A DNA stretch of 64,000 bases, taken from positions 133,743 to 197,742 of the forward strand of contig CP060219.1 of NCBI GenBank assembly GCA_023898365.1, given 5' to 3'. How positions within the stretch are numbered: the stretch's first letter is position 1; every line of letters begins with the position of its first letter. The notes below the pieces were generated by a model. It was not told where the DNA came from and ran no database searches. It worked only from the letters and a program-made list of their open reading frames with translations. The position numbers and the translations under genes are program-made. Source of the DNA: Candidatus Woesearchaeota archaeon. Its GTDB lineage: Archaea; Nanobdellota; Nanobdellia; Woesearchaeales; GCA-023898365. This document shows positions 28,126 through 37,794 of this stretch, one piece after another.

Positions 28126-28202
28126 AACCACACCCTCTGAAAAACACCTAACCTTTTTTGTTTATAAAGGTTTTTATAGAAAGAGGTTTTTATAGAAAGT
28201 AA

Positions 28203-31040
28203 TCATTCGACCACTATAGCAGGTTTCAAAGGTAGTGCTTGCGATTTCTTTTGATGAGAAGAATCCTTTGCATGCACAATAGTTGGCACGAGTCCAAATT
28301 CTTCTTTGAAAAGGTTCGTTGCTGTTTGAAGAATTTCTTTATCGTTATCTGCACTACCAAATTCATCAAGAACAAAAGGATTCTTTACCACTTTACCAAT
28401 TGTTGCAATTACTTCTTTGCTATGTGGTTTGTATGCTTCTTGACCCATAAAATGAGAAATAAGATCCTTAGGGTTCATTGTTTGAGCAAGCTTCCTTGCG
28501 AGCTCTGCATAAAAACCATACTTCCACTCATCTGCAATAATAAAGGTGATGCTCGAGGGCGTTTCTATTTTAGCAAGATCAAGCACGGTTCTCGTATCGG
28601 TAATGAGCCGAGAAATCATGTCTTCTGCAGCGTCAAGTAACGCGCCGTTTGCAATTGAAGGAACAACAGGGTATTCGCTTGTACAGACTAGTTCTTTTCG
28701 CCCGAGCAAGGTGCCAAGTTCTTCAGCAAGGTAAGGGGTGAACATACTCATCAAAACACTCCAAGAGGAAAAATAGGTTTTGAGAAGATCAAGGTTGTGT
28801 CCTCCTCGCTTCACATACCACTGCAGGTGTCTTTGCATCTGAAAATAAATGACATCTGTTGCTGTTTTCATTTCGAATGCGAGCATGTGTTGATCAACGT
28901 TTCGAATGGCTTCTTCAAGTTTAAATGAAAGCCATGCATCAAGATGGTTGTTTGGTTGAGATTCTGTACTGAGCAATTCTTCAGCGAACGAATAAATTTT
29001 TTCTAATCGATGTTTATGCTTGGTTATTTCTTCTTCGTCAAAAATGATGTCAACAAAAGGATTTGCGATGTTTGCATAGAACAAGCGAAGCGCGTCAACA
29101 GAGTATTCCTCGCCAACTTCAGCTATTGATTTAGCCCCTTTCTTACTCTTGCTCTTTGAGATTTTTCCGTCCTTGCTTTTCACCCACCAATTGACAAAAA
29201 TACCTCCTGGCTGCATATGCGCAGGAAGAATTGCTGCGTGATTCATCAAGAATACGGGAAAGTGCACTGTTTGATGTTCTTTGCCGCCAAGATTGATATC
29301 TAATGGATAAAAATATTCCACATCTTTGCGAATATCTTGATACCATTCTTTTGCAGGAGTTCCTTTTCCTAAGAAAACATAATCAAAGAATGGTTCATTT
29401 AATTCATCAAGAGAAAGTTTTCCTTCATTGTAATATTTAGAAACTAAATAGTAAATTGGATAAAGTGTCGAGTCAGATATGGGTTCAACAATGTATGATT
29501 CATCAAATGGCAGAGGAGTTCCAAGCCATCTTCCTTGCCTTGCACAAGCCCGATCGGAAAACCATTCCAAAACAGAAGAGAGGTTTTCTTTGAACTGAGC
29601 GGGAAATATAGTCATGTTCTTTGTGAACGATTTTGTTTTCTCAGTTAATTCCTTATCAGAATAGCGAATAAACCATTGGTCGTCTACTCGTTTGATGAAG
29701 ACTTGTTTGCCGCATCGACACAATACTTCTTCTGAAAGATCAAAGAAGATATCTGCTTGACCAGCAGCAATTAAATCAGCCTTCATCTTCTCTTTAGCTT
29801 GATCGACGCGCATACCTGCATAAGGACCGCAGTTCTCGAGCATCACACCCGTATGAAATCCTTTCTTATACACAATTTTTTTTGCTTCATCAAGCTTTTC
29901 GTGATCATGTTGGTTTTGCACGCCAAGTTGTTCACACATTTCTTTTCCGGGAAGAAGTCCAAAGTCAGGTGACTTTATGATTGCAATAGGTTCGATTGCT
30001 TTGATTGTTTCATAATCAAGACCGTGCTCTTTGCAAAGAGCTGCATCATGCTGCAAATCATGAAGGGCGATCCAATCAGCTGGCGCATCACTTGGCACAC
30101 TCGTTACAATGCCTGTTCCGATTGTTGGATCACAAAATGCGGAAGGCAAAATAATGACATCACGATTGACTGCAGGAGCTGTTGCATACGTGCCAAGCAT
30201 TTCTTTACCTGCTAGTTCTCCAACAAGTTCCACGTCATCTTTTTGATGCTGAAGTTTTTCAGCTGCTTCTCGTGAAAGAATCCACGTTTCTGATCCGACG
30301 CGTGCTTTAACATACCTTACGTTTTCGTCAAGCCAGATATTTGTCTGACCATACATGGTTTCAGGACGAAGTGTGGCAACAACAATGAATTGATTTGGTT
30401 CCTTGTAAGCAAGTTTAATTAACGTGTACTCGGTTTTTGTTGCGTTGCCCCCTTTTGAAAGATCCATTTCGCTTGGATCAATAGCAACAGGTCCGTGTTC
30501 CAGACAAACAGGAGAGTAATAGGGTTTTTGCACAAGCAAATTATTTTCTTTTAATTTCAAGAATTGCCATTGAATGAATTTTTGATAATCAGGAAAGGTG
30601 GTAACCGTAAACCGTCTCCAGTCGCCAAGAAAACCATACTCTTGATAATCTTCAATGTACCGCTCAGAAAAGTAGTTTACAAAACCTTCGGGTGTGCTTA
30701 TTGTCTGCACGTCTTCATCAGATAAGCCCATGGCCTTATAATACGCAACCGTATCAGCGTCGCCTTCTTTGACCAGTTGTGCTTTAGCAACAGCCCCGTT
30801 CCCAGAAGCGTGACCTCCCGCGCATAAGAGCACATTGTAGCCTTTAAGACGTTTATATCGGGCAAAAGCATCAGTGTAAGAATAGCCTCGCATATGACCT
30901 ACGTGATGGAATCCTGAAACAGTCAAATACGCCCAAATAATAAAGAACTTAGGTTTTTCTGAGCGATCAGCCTCCCCAAGGGATAATTCCTTGAATTTTG
31001 CCTTCCACTTTTCCTTTGCAGCGCGATGATCGTAAGACAT
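28203..31040 (-). CDS. leuS: Leucyl-tRNA synthetase (archaeal/eukaryal type)
   Basis: The HIGH-class motif HVGHMRGY and the KMSKS-like KISKSKS are present. The 945-aa length fits archaeal LeuRS. Confidence 0.9.
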   Translation of the reverse strand: MSYDHRAAKEKWKAKFKELSLGEADRSEKPKFFIIWAYLTVSGFHHVGHMRGYSYTDAFARYKRLKGYNVLLCAGGHASGNGAVAKAQLVKEGDADTVAYYKAMGLSDEDVQTISTPEGFVNYFSERYIEDYQEYGFLGDWRRFTVTTFPDYQKFIQWQFLKLKENNLLVQKPYYSPVCLEHGPVAIDPSEMDLSKGGNATKTEYTLIKLAYKEPNQFIVVATLRPETMYGQTNIWLDENVRYVKARVGSETWILSREAAEKLQHQKDDVELVGELAGKEMLGTYATAPAVNRDVIILPSAFCDPTIGTGIVTSVPSDAPADWIALHDLQHDAALCKEHGLDYETIKAIEPIAIIKSPDFGLLPGKEMCEQLGVQNQHDHEKLDEAKKIVYKKGFHTGVMLENCGPYAGMRVDQAKEKMKADLIAAGQADIFFDLSEEVLCRCGKQVFIKRVDDQWFIRYSDKELTEKTKSFTKNMTIFPAQFKENLSSVLEWFSDRACARQGRWLGTPLPFDESYIVEPISDSTLYPIYYLVSKYYNEGKLSLDELNEPFFDYVFLGKGTPAKEWYQDIRKDVEYFYPLDINLGGKEHQTVHFPVFLMNHAAILPAHMQPGGIFVNWWVKSKDGKISKSKSKKGAKSIAEVGEEYSVDALRLFYANIANPFVDIIFDEEEITKHKHRLEKIYSFAEELLSTESQPNNHLDAWLSFKLEEAIRNVDQHMLAFEMKTATDVIYFQMQRHLQWYVKRGGHNLDLLKTYFSSWSVLMSMFTPYLAEELGTLLGRKELVCTSEYPVVPSIANGALLDAAEDMISRLITDTRTVLDLAKIETPSSITFIIADEWKYGFYAELARKLAQTMNPKDLISHFMGQEAYKPHSKEVIATIGKVVKNPFVLDEFGSADNDKEILQTATNLFKEEFGLVPTIVHAKDSSHQKKSQALPLKPAIVVE

Positions 31041-31119
31041 AGTTCAACCCGTAGTTATCTTTCTAGAAGAGGCGCAGGCTCATTTAAATAAGTGTTGGTG
31101 AAGAACTGTTCTAGGAAAT

Positions 31120-32232
31120 TTACTTCCATCCCCAGTTTTTTTGGAACGCTGTTTTGAACGCTTCAAAAGTGTTAGTCTTGATTTCTTCGCGTGAACGATC
31201 CATGAGCCGTTGCATAAAACGAAGGTTGTGGATTTGTTCAAAGCGTTTACCGACAGGATCGCCAATTTTTGAAAGGTGGTAGACATAAGCTTTCGTATAC
31301 TTTTGACACACCAGGCAATCACAGCCTTCTTCAAGTGGAGAAAAATCGAGGCGATACTTTCCTTGGTCAATAGTAAGTGGTCCGGCGAAGGTAAACAGTT
31401 TATGATGCCTGCCAGATTTTGTTGGGTAGATGCTATCAAACATGTCCGCGCCAAGACTGATTGCTTCAAGCACATCAGGCGGAGAACCAAGTCCCATGAC
31501 ATAGCGAGGTTTATGCTCATCAAGCAACGGCAAGCTGATGCGTAGTGCTTGAAACATTTCACTTGAAGGTTCGCCAATAGCAAGGCCGCCAACAGCATTT
31601 CCTGGAAAATCCATCTCGTTTATTGCTTTTGCTGCAAAGGCTCGTAATTCATCTGAAAATCCTCCCTGAACAATGCCAAAGAGTAATTGTTTCGCATCAG
31701 TATGTGCTTTTTTCGCGCGCTGATGCCAGGCAAGCGTTATATCAAGTGCTTTTTTGAAGTCCGCTTCACTCGATCCATATGGCATCATAACATCAAGTGC
31801 CATGGCAATATCGGATCCTAAAGTCATCTCTATGTCCATCATTTTTTCTGGCGTGATTACATGAAGTGATTGATCGTAAGGACTGCGAAAATGTAAGGCG
31901 TTTTTTGATGATTTTTCAAAAAAACCTCTGGACATTTGAAACCCCCCCGAGTCTGTTGCGATAAGACCGTGGAAATTCATAAACTTATGAAGGCCTCCTG
32001 CTTTTTTGATTGCTTCAAGACCTGGACGAAGATACGTAACAAGCGCGTTACAAATTATTGCTTGCTGCGCATTTGCGTTGTAATCATCACTTGTAATTAT
32101 TTTTCCTGTTGCTCGCGTTGCAACTGCCATAAAGAAAGGTGTTTGCATCACGCCACTTCTTGATACGAACTCAAGAACGCGGGCTTTTCCTGAACGTGCA
32201 AGAATTGTTGCCATAAGAAAAAGAGAAAGCAC
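31120..32232 (-). CDS. tgt: tRNA-guanine transglycosylase catalytic (TIM-barrel + Zn) domain protein; no C-terminal PUA/C2 domains
   Basis: The nucleophile/substrate motifs DSGGFQ and GLAIGE are present. The zinc site is CDCLVCQKYTKAYVYHL. The protein is only 370 aa. Confidence 0.75.
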   Translation of the reverse strand: MLSLFLMATILARSGKARVLEFVSRSGVMQTPFFMAVATRATGKIITSDDYNANAQQAIICNALVTYLRPGLEAIKKAGGLHKFMNFHGLIATDSGGFQMSRGFFEKSSKNALHFRSPYDQSLHVITPEKMMDIEMTLGSDIAMALDVMMPYGSSEADFKKALDITLAWHQRAKKAHTDAKQLLFGIVQGGFSDELRAFAAKAINEMDFPGNAVGGLAIGEPSSEMFQALRISLPLLDEHKPRYVMGLGSPPDVLEAISLGADMFDSIYPTKSGRHHKLFTFAGPLTIDQGKYRLDFSPLEEGCDCLVCQKYTKAYVYHLSKIGDPVGKRFEQIHNLRFMQRLMDRSREEIKTNTFEAFKTAFQKNWGWK

Positions 32233-32266
32233 AAGTTATTTTTTAAAATGATGGTTTATTGAAGAT

Positions 32267-33832
32267 TCAATGTTCATTCCTACAATTACTCGAACAACCA
32301 TCACCATCTCTCCAATTGCCATCATCACATTCTTCCGAGTCTTCTCGTATGCCATTACCGCACCATCGCGGCAAGGAAATTGATGAATGAACACAATATA
32401 GCCGATATTCATTTTCACAAGTTTTTTTCTCACCAGTATCAGTCCACTTAAAGTTAGTGCTTGTCGAATCACCTACTATTCCAAGCTGAGAAGATTTGGT
32501 CCAGACATCGCAATTATCTCCAAAGAGAAATCCGTGCCTGAGACCAGTCCACACAAAATCTGAAACTGTATGTCCGTATTCATCATACATGATTGGAAAG
32601 TAAAGATCATAAAGGCCTAAATCTTGAAAACTATCGGCAACAAGGGTTGCGTTTGCACTTTCATTTGCTGAACGGACATAATACTCAACTCCGCTGTCAG
32701 GAATAGCTATATGACTCAACACGCCAACACGAGGCATCGCGCCTAACCAGGCAATCCATGCCCCTTGACCGATTGTTATTCCGTCAGAATTTTTTGCTAA
32801 ATAATTACAAATAGCATCAGCAGCAAGTAGTTCGTTTGCTTCTTCAGGACTATTTATCATGTTCTTTGTGTAGGGATTAATCAAACCAACGGCATAATTT
32901 AAAAACTTCCCTCCTTCATAGATTTGGCTTGTTACAAAAACATTTGAATAATACTTACATTTCGCATTACAATAATCACCACCATTATCAATGCCGTCGT
33001 CGCATTGTTCGCCATATTCTTGCCCGCCTAAAGTCACATTTCCTATTTGAGCATCACCGCAGAAGAGAGGAGAATCAATTCGTACATTGCCACAGGTTGC
33101 GTTGCAGTAATAACAAGCACTGCCATATGGTGGAGGAACGCAGAGTTGACCGTTTCCTGCGCCATCGTCGCATACTTCTCCTGGTTCTGCAAATCCATTT
33201 CCGCAGGACGTGAAGCATTGTGAAATGTCAAGTTGACAATTCGCTGTGCATTGCATCGTCCCTCCTTCATAATATCCTTGCGAGAGGCAAGTTGCGCCTC
33301 CTAAACTTGCACCATCACATTGTTCGCCAGTCTCAATTATGCCATTGCCGCATTCAGCGCCAAGTGCTTGTTCAACTTCTCTTGCGGCAACTTCTGTAAC
33401 GATAGTACCAAGCGCGTCGTATTCTATTCCAGATCCTGAACTTAATAAATAGGTGAAGTTAAGTGTGAGAATTACTGTTGTTCCGGGAGCAAATTCTTTG
33501 TTGAGATCAAATCGTGTTTGACGAGATTCGGAAGGATTAAGAACCAGAGGTGTTGAAAACTCTTGTGTGGCTGATGAAAATTCGAGAATGCGTACACTTG
33601 TTATATTTACCGGACGCGCAACTTCATTTCGAAAGTTTATTGCAAACAAGCCGCTTTCGGTGAGAAGCGCATCTTCACAGGCAAAGGTTGACCCAAGATC
33701 ACAAACCCGTTGCGTAATAACAGTTGGTTCAAATATGGTTGAGGAAAGCAAGAAGCCAACTCCTCCAAGGACTATGAGAAGAGTGAGAGAATAAAAAACA
33801 ATGGTTTCAATTGCCGCAGCACGATGATTCAT
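32267..33832 (-). CDS. Secreted protein with four DUF4215-type Cys-rich repeats
   Basis: The N-terminal TM is LTLLIVLGGVGFLLSSTIF. The repeats CGNGIIETGEQCDG..., CGNGFAEPGEVCDDGAGNG, CGDAQIGN...GEQCDDGIDNGGDYCNAKC and CGNGIREDSEECDDGNWRDGDGCSSNC match the CGNG..E.GE.CDDGN...DGC..C myxo-type disulfide repeat. Confidence 0.55.
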   Translation of the reverse strand: MNHRAAAIETIVFYSLTLLIVLGGVGFLLSSTIFEPTVITQRVCDLGSTFACEDALLTESGLFAINFRNEVARPVNITSVRILEFSSATQEFSTPLVLNPSESRQTRFDLNKEFAPGTTVILTLNFTYLLSSGSGIEYDALGTIVTEVAAREVEQALGAECGNGIIETGEQCDGASLGGATCLSQGYYEGGTMQCTANCQLDISQCFTSCGNGFAEPGEVCDDGAGNGQLCVPPPYGSACYYCNATCGNVRIDSPLFCGDAQIGNVTLGGQEYGEQCDDGIDNGGDYCNAKCKYYSNVFVTSQIYEGGKFLNYAVGLINPYTKNMINSPEEANELLAADAICNYLAKNSDGITIGQGAWIAWLGAMPRVGVLSHIAIPDSGVEYYVRSANESANATLVADSFQDLGLYDLYFPIMYDEYGHTVSDFVWTGLRHGFLFGDNCDVWTKSSQLGIVGDSTSTNFKWTDTGEKKTCENEYRLYCVHSSISLPRWCGNGIREDSEECDDGNWRDGDGCSSNCRNEH

Positions 33833-34368
33833 TTTAGTTTTTTATCCATTTTTTGAGCAACTGCTGCTAGTTTTGCTACGTTTTCTGTAAAGAGCGGCAG
33901 AACTTGCGAGAATACTTTTTCCATAGCTTTCACTTCTGCGCCAACATTCAAAATGTGCTTGTCGTATTCTGCAACTTTTCCAAGAACAGATTCGTTAAGC
34001 ATTTTTACTTGTGCTTGCACGTCGTTGAGCTGTTGCGAAAGTTTGCTTAGCGTGATTTGTGTTTCGTTTTTCCAATCAATTATTTTGTTAATGTCAGCAA
34101 TGACTTCATTCCATTTTTCATCAATGACCGTTTCGACAAGTTCTTCGACCGCAAGATGTTGACGTTTTGGCGAAGATACATGATCTTGTGGCTGGACTTC
34201 TTGACCAAAGGTTGCATCATTTTGTGTATGGGCAGTTTTAATTTCTGCTCGACTTAATGCGTTGAAGATGTCTGATGATGAGTGACCTTCTTTTTGAAGA
34301 ATTTCAATAATTTGTTGCTTTGTCAGGCCTTGCCCTTGCATATCCTGAATTCTTGTAGTTTGAATCAC
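33829..34368 (-). CDS. Coiled-coil protein, 179 aa (hypothetical)
   Basis: It is predicted to be helical with heptad-like repeats. It makes a 4-nt overlap with the upstream coiled-coil gene and with the downstream DUF4215 gene. Confidence 0.45.
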   Translation of the reverse strand: MIQTTRIQDMQGQGLTKQQIIEILQKEGHSSSDIFNALSRAEIKTAHTQNDATFGQEVQPQDHVSSPKRQHLAVEELVETVIDEKWNEVIADINKIIDWKNETQITLSKLSQQLNDVQAQVKMLNESVLGKVAEYDKHILNVGAEVKAMEKVFSQVLPLFTENVAKLAAVAQKMDKKLK

Positions 34369-34745
34369 TTTTTCACCTCTTCAAGCTCTTGTCTTGTTAC
34401 AAAGTTCTGTGGTTGCCAAAGATTAATATATGTTTCTATTTCTTTAAGTTCGGGCTGTCTTGCCAAAAACTTCATTTCTGAGCGTAATAGTGCAAGTTCT
34501 GCTTGCATTTCATGCAGTGTTGACTTTATGGCAAGAAGATCTTCTGAAAGGTCTCTTATTTCTCTCACTGCGTCTTTACTTACTTCTCTGAATCGATCGT
34601 CAGTTATTTGGTTTTTTTTGTGGAGCGTTCCATTTCGTTCTTCAAGAAGCTTGATGCGCGTATTAAGGTGAGTTATTTTTTCAGAATAATCTGTTCCCTC
34701 TTGTTTTTTCCCCTTTTCAGGAGGTGGAAAGAGTTCATTTGCCAT
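34365..34745 (-). CDS. Coiled-coil protein, 126 aa (hypothetical)
   Basis: The sequence is helical and charged, e.g. LLEERNGTLHKKNQ...LHEMQAELALLRSEMKF. Confidence 0.45.
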   Translation of the reverse strand: MANELFPPPEKGKKQEGTDYSEKITHLNTRIKLLEERNGTLHKKNQITDDRFREVSKDAVREIRDLSEDLLAIKSTLHEMQAELALLRSEMKFLARQPELKEIETYINLWQPQNFVTRQELEEVKK

Positions 34746-34888
34746 ACGCTATGCCTTTGCAAGTATCATTTATTAAGCTATTGTTTGTTTAGCTCAATTT
34801 ATTGAGTTGTAAGAAACAAAGAATGTAACCTAAAAATATTAACTTTTCAGTAGTAATATTTATAAACAAGATATGAGTTTCTCTTCCT

Positions 34889-35155
34889 ATGAAAGCACTT
34901 ATCATGCTCCCCATCGTTCTTGGCATCATTCTCACTACAGCAATGAGTTTGCAGGAATTTGCAGAATCTTCAAGTGAGAAAGCAATAGATTTTGCAGATG
35001 ATATGAACAACGCATTTAGCTGCGCGGCGCTAGGAAAATCAATCTTTGAGTGCTCACCAGATCTGAAAACCACAGATTTTACCAATGAAACCATCAAAGC
35101 AAAAGAACTCATTGCAGAACTCGAAGAGAATCTCGACGACGCAAACCAATTCTAA
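34889..35155 (+). CDS. Small secreted acidic protein with two Cys, 88 aa
   Basis: The signal peptide is MKALIMLPIVLGIILTTAMS. The mature part is acidic with a CAALGKSIFEC pair. Confidence 0.4.
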   Translation: MKALIMLPIVLGIILTTAMSLQEFAESSSEKAIDFADDMNNAFSCAALGKSIFECSPDLKTTDFTNETIKAKELIAELEENLDDANQF

Positions 35156-35169
35156 AGTAGTAGTTACGT

Positions 35170-37032
35170 TTATTGCTTTTTAACCTTCTGTTTTAACCGA
35201 GCAATCATGTCTTCGCTTTGTTTAATCCGCTCATAGCGCTGTTGACGAAGAGCATCTTCCTGAGAAGCAAAAGTGGCCTGCGCTGCAACCACCTCTTTTT
35301 TTGCAAGGTCATCAATAGGAGGGGCAGCACCACCACCCGATCTCGAAGAAGAAATGTGAGATTTCAACGCCTTCGTTCGTTCATGCATCTGCTTAAGTGA
35401 TCGCACTTGTTTTCGTTTAGAGGAAGAAAAATAATTTGCAGGAAGCAAATAGACAAGGAGAAACAAAATAACTGATGCAAGACCAACCAATTCAAACCAA
35501 TGAATGGCAAGTAGGGCGATGCGAGACTCGATGATATTTACTAACAAAATTGTGGAACGCACAGAAGACATAGGAACTCCAAAAACACTCGGCAACGTAT
35601 TTAACACATCTTCAGAATCAGTAACATAAGAAGTGATCCACGATTCACCCTGATCGATACGATCAACCACCCAAACACCCTTCTTGGTGAACGGTTGAGA
35701 AATCTCTCTAAATTCAGCAGACTCCGGAATCAACTCTTTAACAACAAGATCTTCCAACGGACTTTCTCCCAAATTCAACAAATTAAGTGTGACGCGAATC
35801 TCATCTTGCGTAATGTACGCGACACTCTTTTGCACGAAGAGTTTTTTCTCAGGAATATATTGGCGAATGAACGGCAATGACGAGCTATACACCCTGTTTT
35901 TCCCATAAACAAATTCTCCAGCAGGGAAAAAATCAACACCTAACGAATCTTCATCAACATATTTGATCGCGTATTCGACCCGTTTTGACTTTCGAGGATT
36001 TAACGACATATCCCACGTAAGTGTTGAACCATCAGCATTCTTTGTTCCTTCGCCCGTATCAATAATTTCAAAACCCGAAGGAATCTCATCAGTGAGTTTT
36101 CCTGAAACAAGAAGCGGATCAAAATTATTCAAAATAAGTTTGACGTCAATAACGTCTCCTGGTAAGACTTGTGTTGAAGAAACAGTTTTTCTTAAAAACA
36201 CATTATTCAAAAGGAAGCTATTAAAGAACACATCTCGTCCAGTCCCATTTACTGAGGCATTCAAACTGTAATTAATCAAATCATCTTCAGTAAAGAGAGA
36301 AATATTGTTTGTTCTATTATACACGAACTGAGAGGCATCAAGAAACACGTCCGCTTGAAGCCAATAAATCTCCCCTTCGACCACTTCTTCATCGAAAAAA
36401 TCCTTCGCGTAAAATTCGCCAGGGCCAATTTGAGTAACCTCTCCTGTAAAATCCCACGATTCGAGTTCACGCGTAATATCCAAATCAGATGTTTTCGTCA
36501 CTTTAAATAAATCAAGTGTTAAATTAAAACTTGTTGGATTCTCAAAATGAACACTGATTAATCTTCTATCACGGCCAGTGATTGCTTCAACTTCTGGTTC
36601 GTTTTTGAGAAGTTGACCGAACACATCAGTGTAGACTTCGGGTTCTTCTTGGAAGATGCCACCTGCAAGAATAGGTTCCCCATCAACAATAGGATTAATC
36701 GACGTAATACCCAAAATATTGTAACTGAGTGAAATTGAGCTTTGCGGTTCAATACTAAAAATTATCAATCCTTGCGACGTCATCAATTGACCTGAAGAAG
36801 TTGCATTAGAGCGAAGTTCAAGACCAAACAAATTATACGGTATGTTAAGATTGTTAAGCGTGACTTCTTCTTGGTTATATATAGTGATTACTCCATCAAC
36901 ATTGACAACATAAAAATCATCGTAGAAACTTGTAATCTTGCCCGATTCGACAATATCAAAGACTATAGTACCTGCCGTTGCAAAAGGAAGGAGAAAAATG
37001 GCAAGAGTGAAAAAAAGAACAAACCATTTCAT
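35170..37032 (-). CDS. Type I membrane protein: large ectodomain, one TM, cytoplasmic coiled-coil tail
   Basis: The signal peptide is MKWFVLFFTLAIFLLPFATA. The TM LVGLASVILFLLVYLL is followed by a ~110-aa K/R/Q-rich helical tail. The gene makes a 4-nt overlap with the upstream gene. Confidence 0.5.
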   Translation of the reverse strand: MKWFVLFFTLAIFLLPFATAGTIVFDIVESGKITSFYDDFYVVNVDGVITIYNQEEVTLNNLNIPYNLFGLELRSNATSSGQLMTSQGLIIFSIEPQSSISLSYNILGITSINPIVDGEPILAGGIFQEEPEVYTDVFGQLLKNEPEVEAITGRDRRLISVHFENPTSFNLTLDLFKVTKTSDLDITRELESWDFTGEVTQIGPGEFYAKDFFDEEVVEGEIYWLQADVFLDASQFVYNRTNNISLFTEDDLINYSLNASVNGTGRDVFFNSFLLNNVFLRKTVSSTQVLPGDVIDVKLILNNFDPLLVSGKLTDEIPSGFEIIDTGEGTKNADGSTLTWDMSLNPRKSKRVEYAIKYVDEDSLGVDFFPAGEFVYGKNRVYSSSLPFIRQYIPEKKLFVQKSVAYITQDEIRVTLNLLNLGESPLEDLVVKELIPESAEFREISQPFTKKGVWVVDRIDQGESWITSYVTDSEDVLNTLPSVFGVPMSSVRSTILLVNIIESRIALLAIHWFELVGLASVILFLLVYLLPANYFSSSKRKQVRSLKQMHERTKALKSHISSSRSGGGAAPPIDDLAKKEVVAAQATFASQEDALRQQRYERIKQSEDMIARLKQKVKKQ

Positions 37033-37739
37033 TCTGCACCCTTCTTTCGAAACGTAAAAACTGTTTTACCTAAGACGAGCACGATAACAATCAACCAAAA
37101 GATGTTTACCGCCCTAATCTTATCGTTTCTAAAGAAGGGAATAATCGAGTATTCAAAACTCAAACGCTCAGTTGGACCCCATTCGAGCAAAGTTGATGAG
37201 CCTTCTGAAGAAACAAGGGCATCAGGGGCGAACGTTACATGATATTTCTTTGGCAAGACAAACGAGGTCGTCTCAACTTTCCGTGGAATGGTAGTGTGCT
37301 CAGCAGGAATATCAATGCCATAGAATAAGATGCCTCGAGGCTTAAAATCTAACCAGTACGTCATAGTCACATCATAATAAAATTGTGGCAAAAGAGGATC
37401 CCAAATGGTAAACACAAGATCGGTAAAATCTGTTCCGGGAACAATCTTAGTATCTAGTCGTTGATCAAATTTGTTTTTTACGACAAATTCTGAGGCGCCA
37501 ATTGATTCTTCACGATCACCACCACTTACTAACTTTGAAAGTTTGAAATGAATCTCACCAGGAATAATAGGATTGTCGCCAACATTCTTGAGGCGAATTT
37601 CTTTTTGTACAAGAATTTTTCCATCTTCTAAAGAGTAAGTGGTTTGATAATTATCAAAAACAACAACTTCAGCAGAAACTTGAGATAGAGTGATAAGTAG
37701 GGAGAATAACAAAACCAGTAACGTAATTGATGTTCTCAC
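37029..37739 (-). CDS. Surface protein with signal peptide and C-terminal TM anchor, 236 aa
   Basis: The signal peptide is MRTSITLLVLLFSLLITLSQVSA. The C-terminal TM IFWLIVIVLVLG is followed by RKKGAE. Confidence 0.5.
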   Translation of the reverse strand: MRTSITLLVLLFSLLITLSQVSAEVVVFDNYQTTYSLEDGKILVQKEIRLKNVGDNPIIPGEIHFKLSKLVSGGDREESIGASEFVVKNKFDQRLDTKIVPGTDFTDLVFTIWDPLLPQFYYDVTMTYWLDFKPRGILFYGIDIPAEHTTIPRKVETTSFVLPKKYHVTFAPDALVSSEGSSTLLEWGPTERLSFEYSIIPFFRNDKIRAVNIFWLIVIVLVLGKTVFTFRKKGAE

Positions 37740-37794
37740 GGAACTTTACACCCCCAAAGTTGAAAAAATGAAAATAAAAAAAAATTGGAAGAAC

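Noticed and set aside
31080-31598. 172-aa minus-strand ORF overlapping the 3' half of the tgt gene in another frame
   Set aside because: It is fully embedded in the TGT coding region, which has recognisable motifs. The translation has no features and starts with unlikely hydrophobic/Leu-rich text.
34789-35112. 107-aa minus-strand ORF antisense to the small secreted-protein gene 34889..35155
   Set aside because: The plus-strand ORF has a credible signal peptide and an acidic mature domain. The antisense translation is irregular. Only one can be real and the plus strand is preferred.
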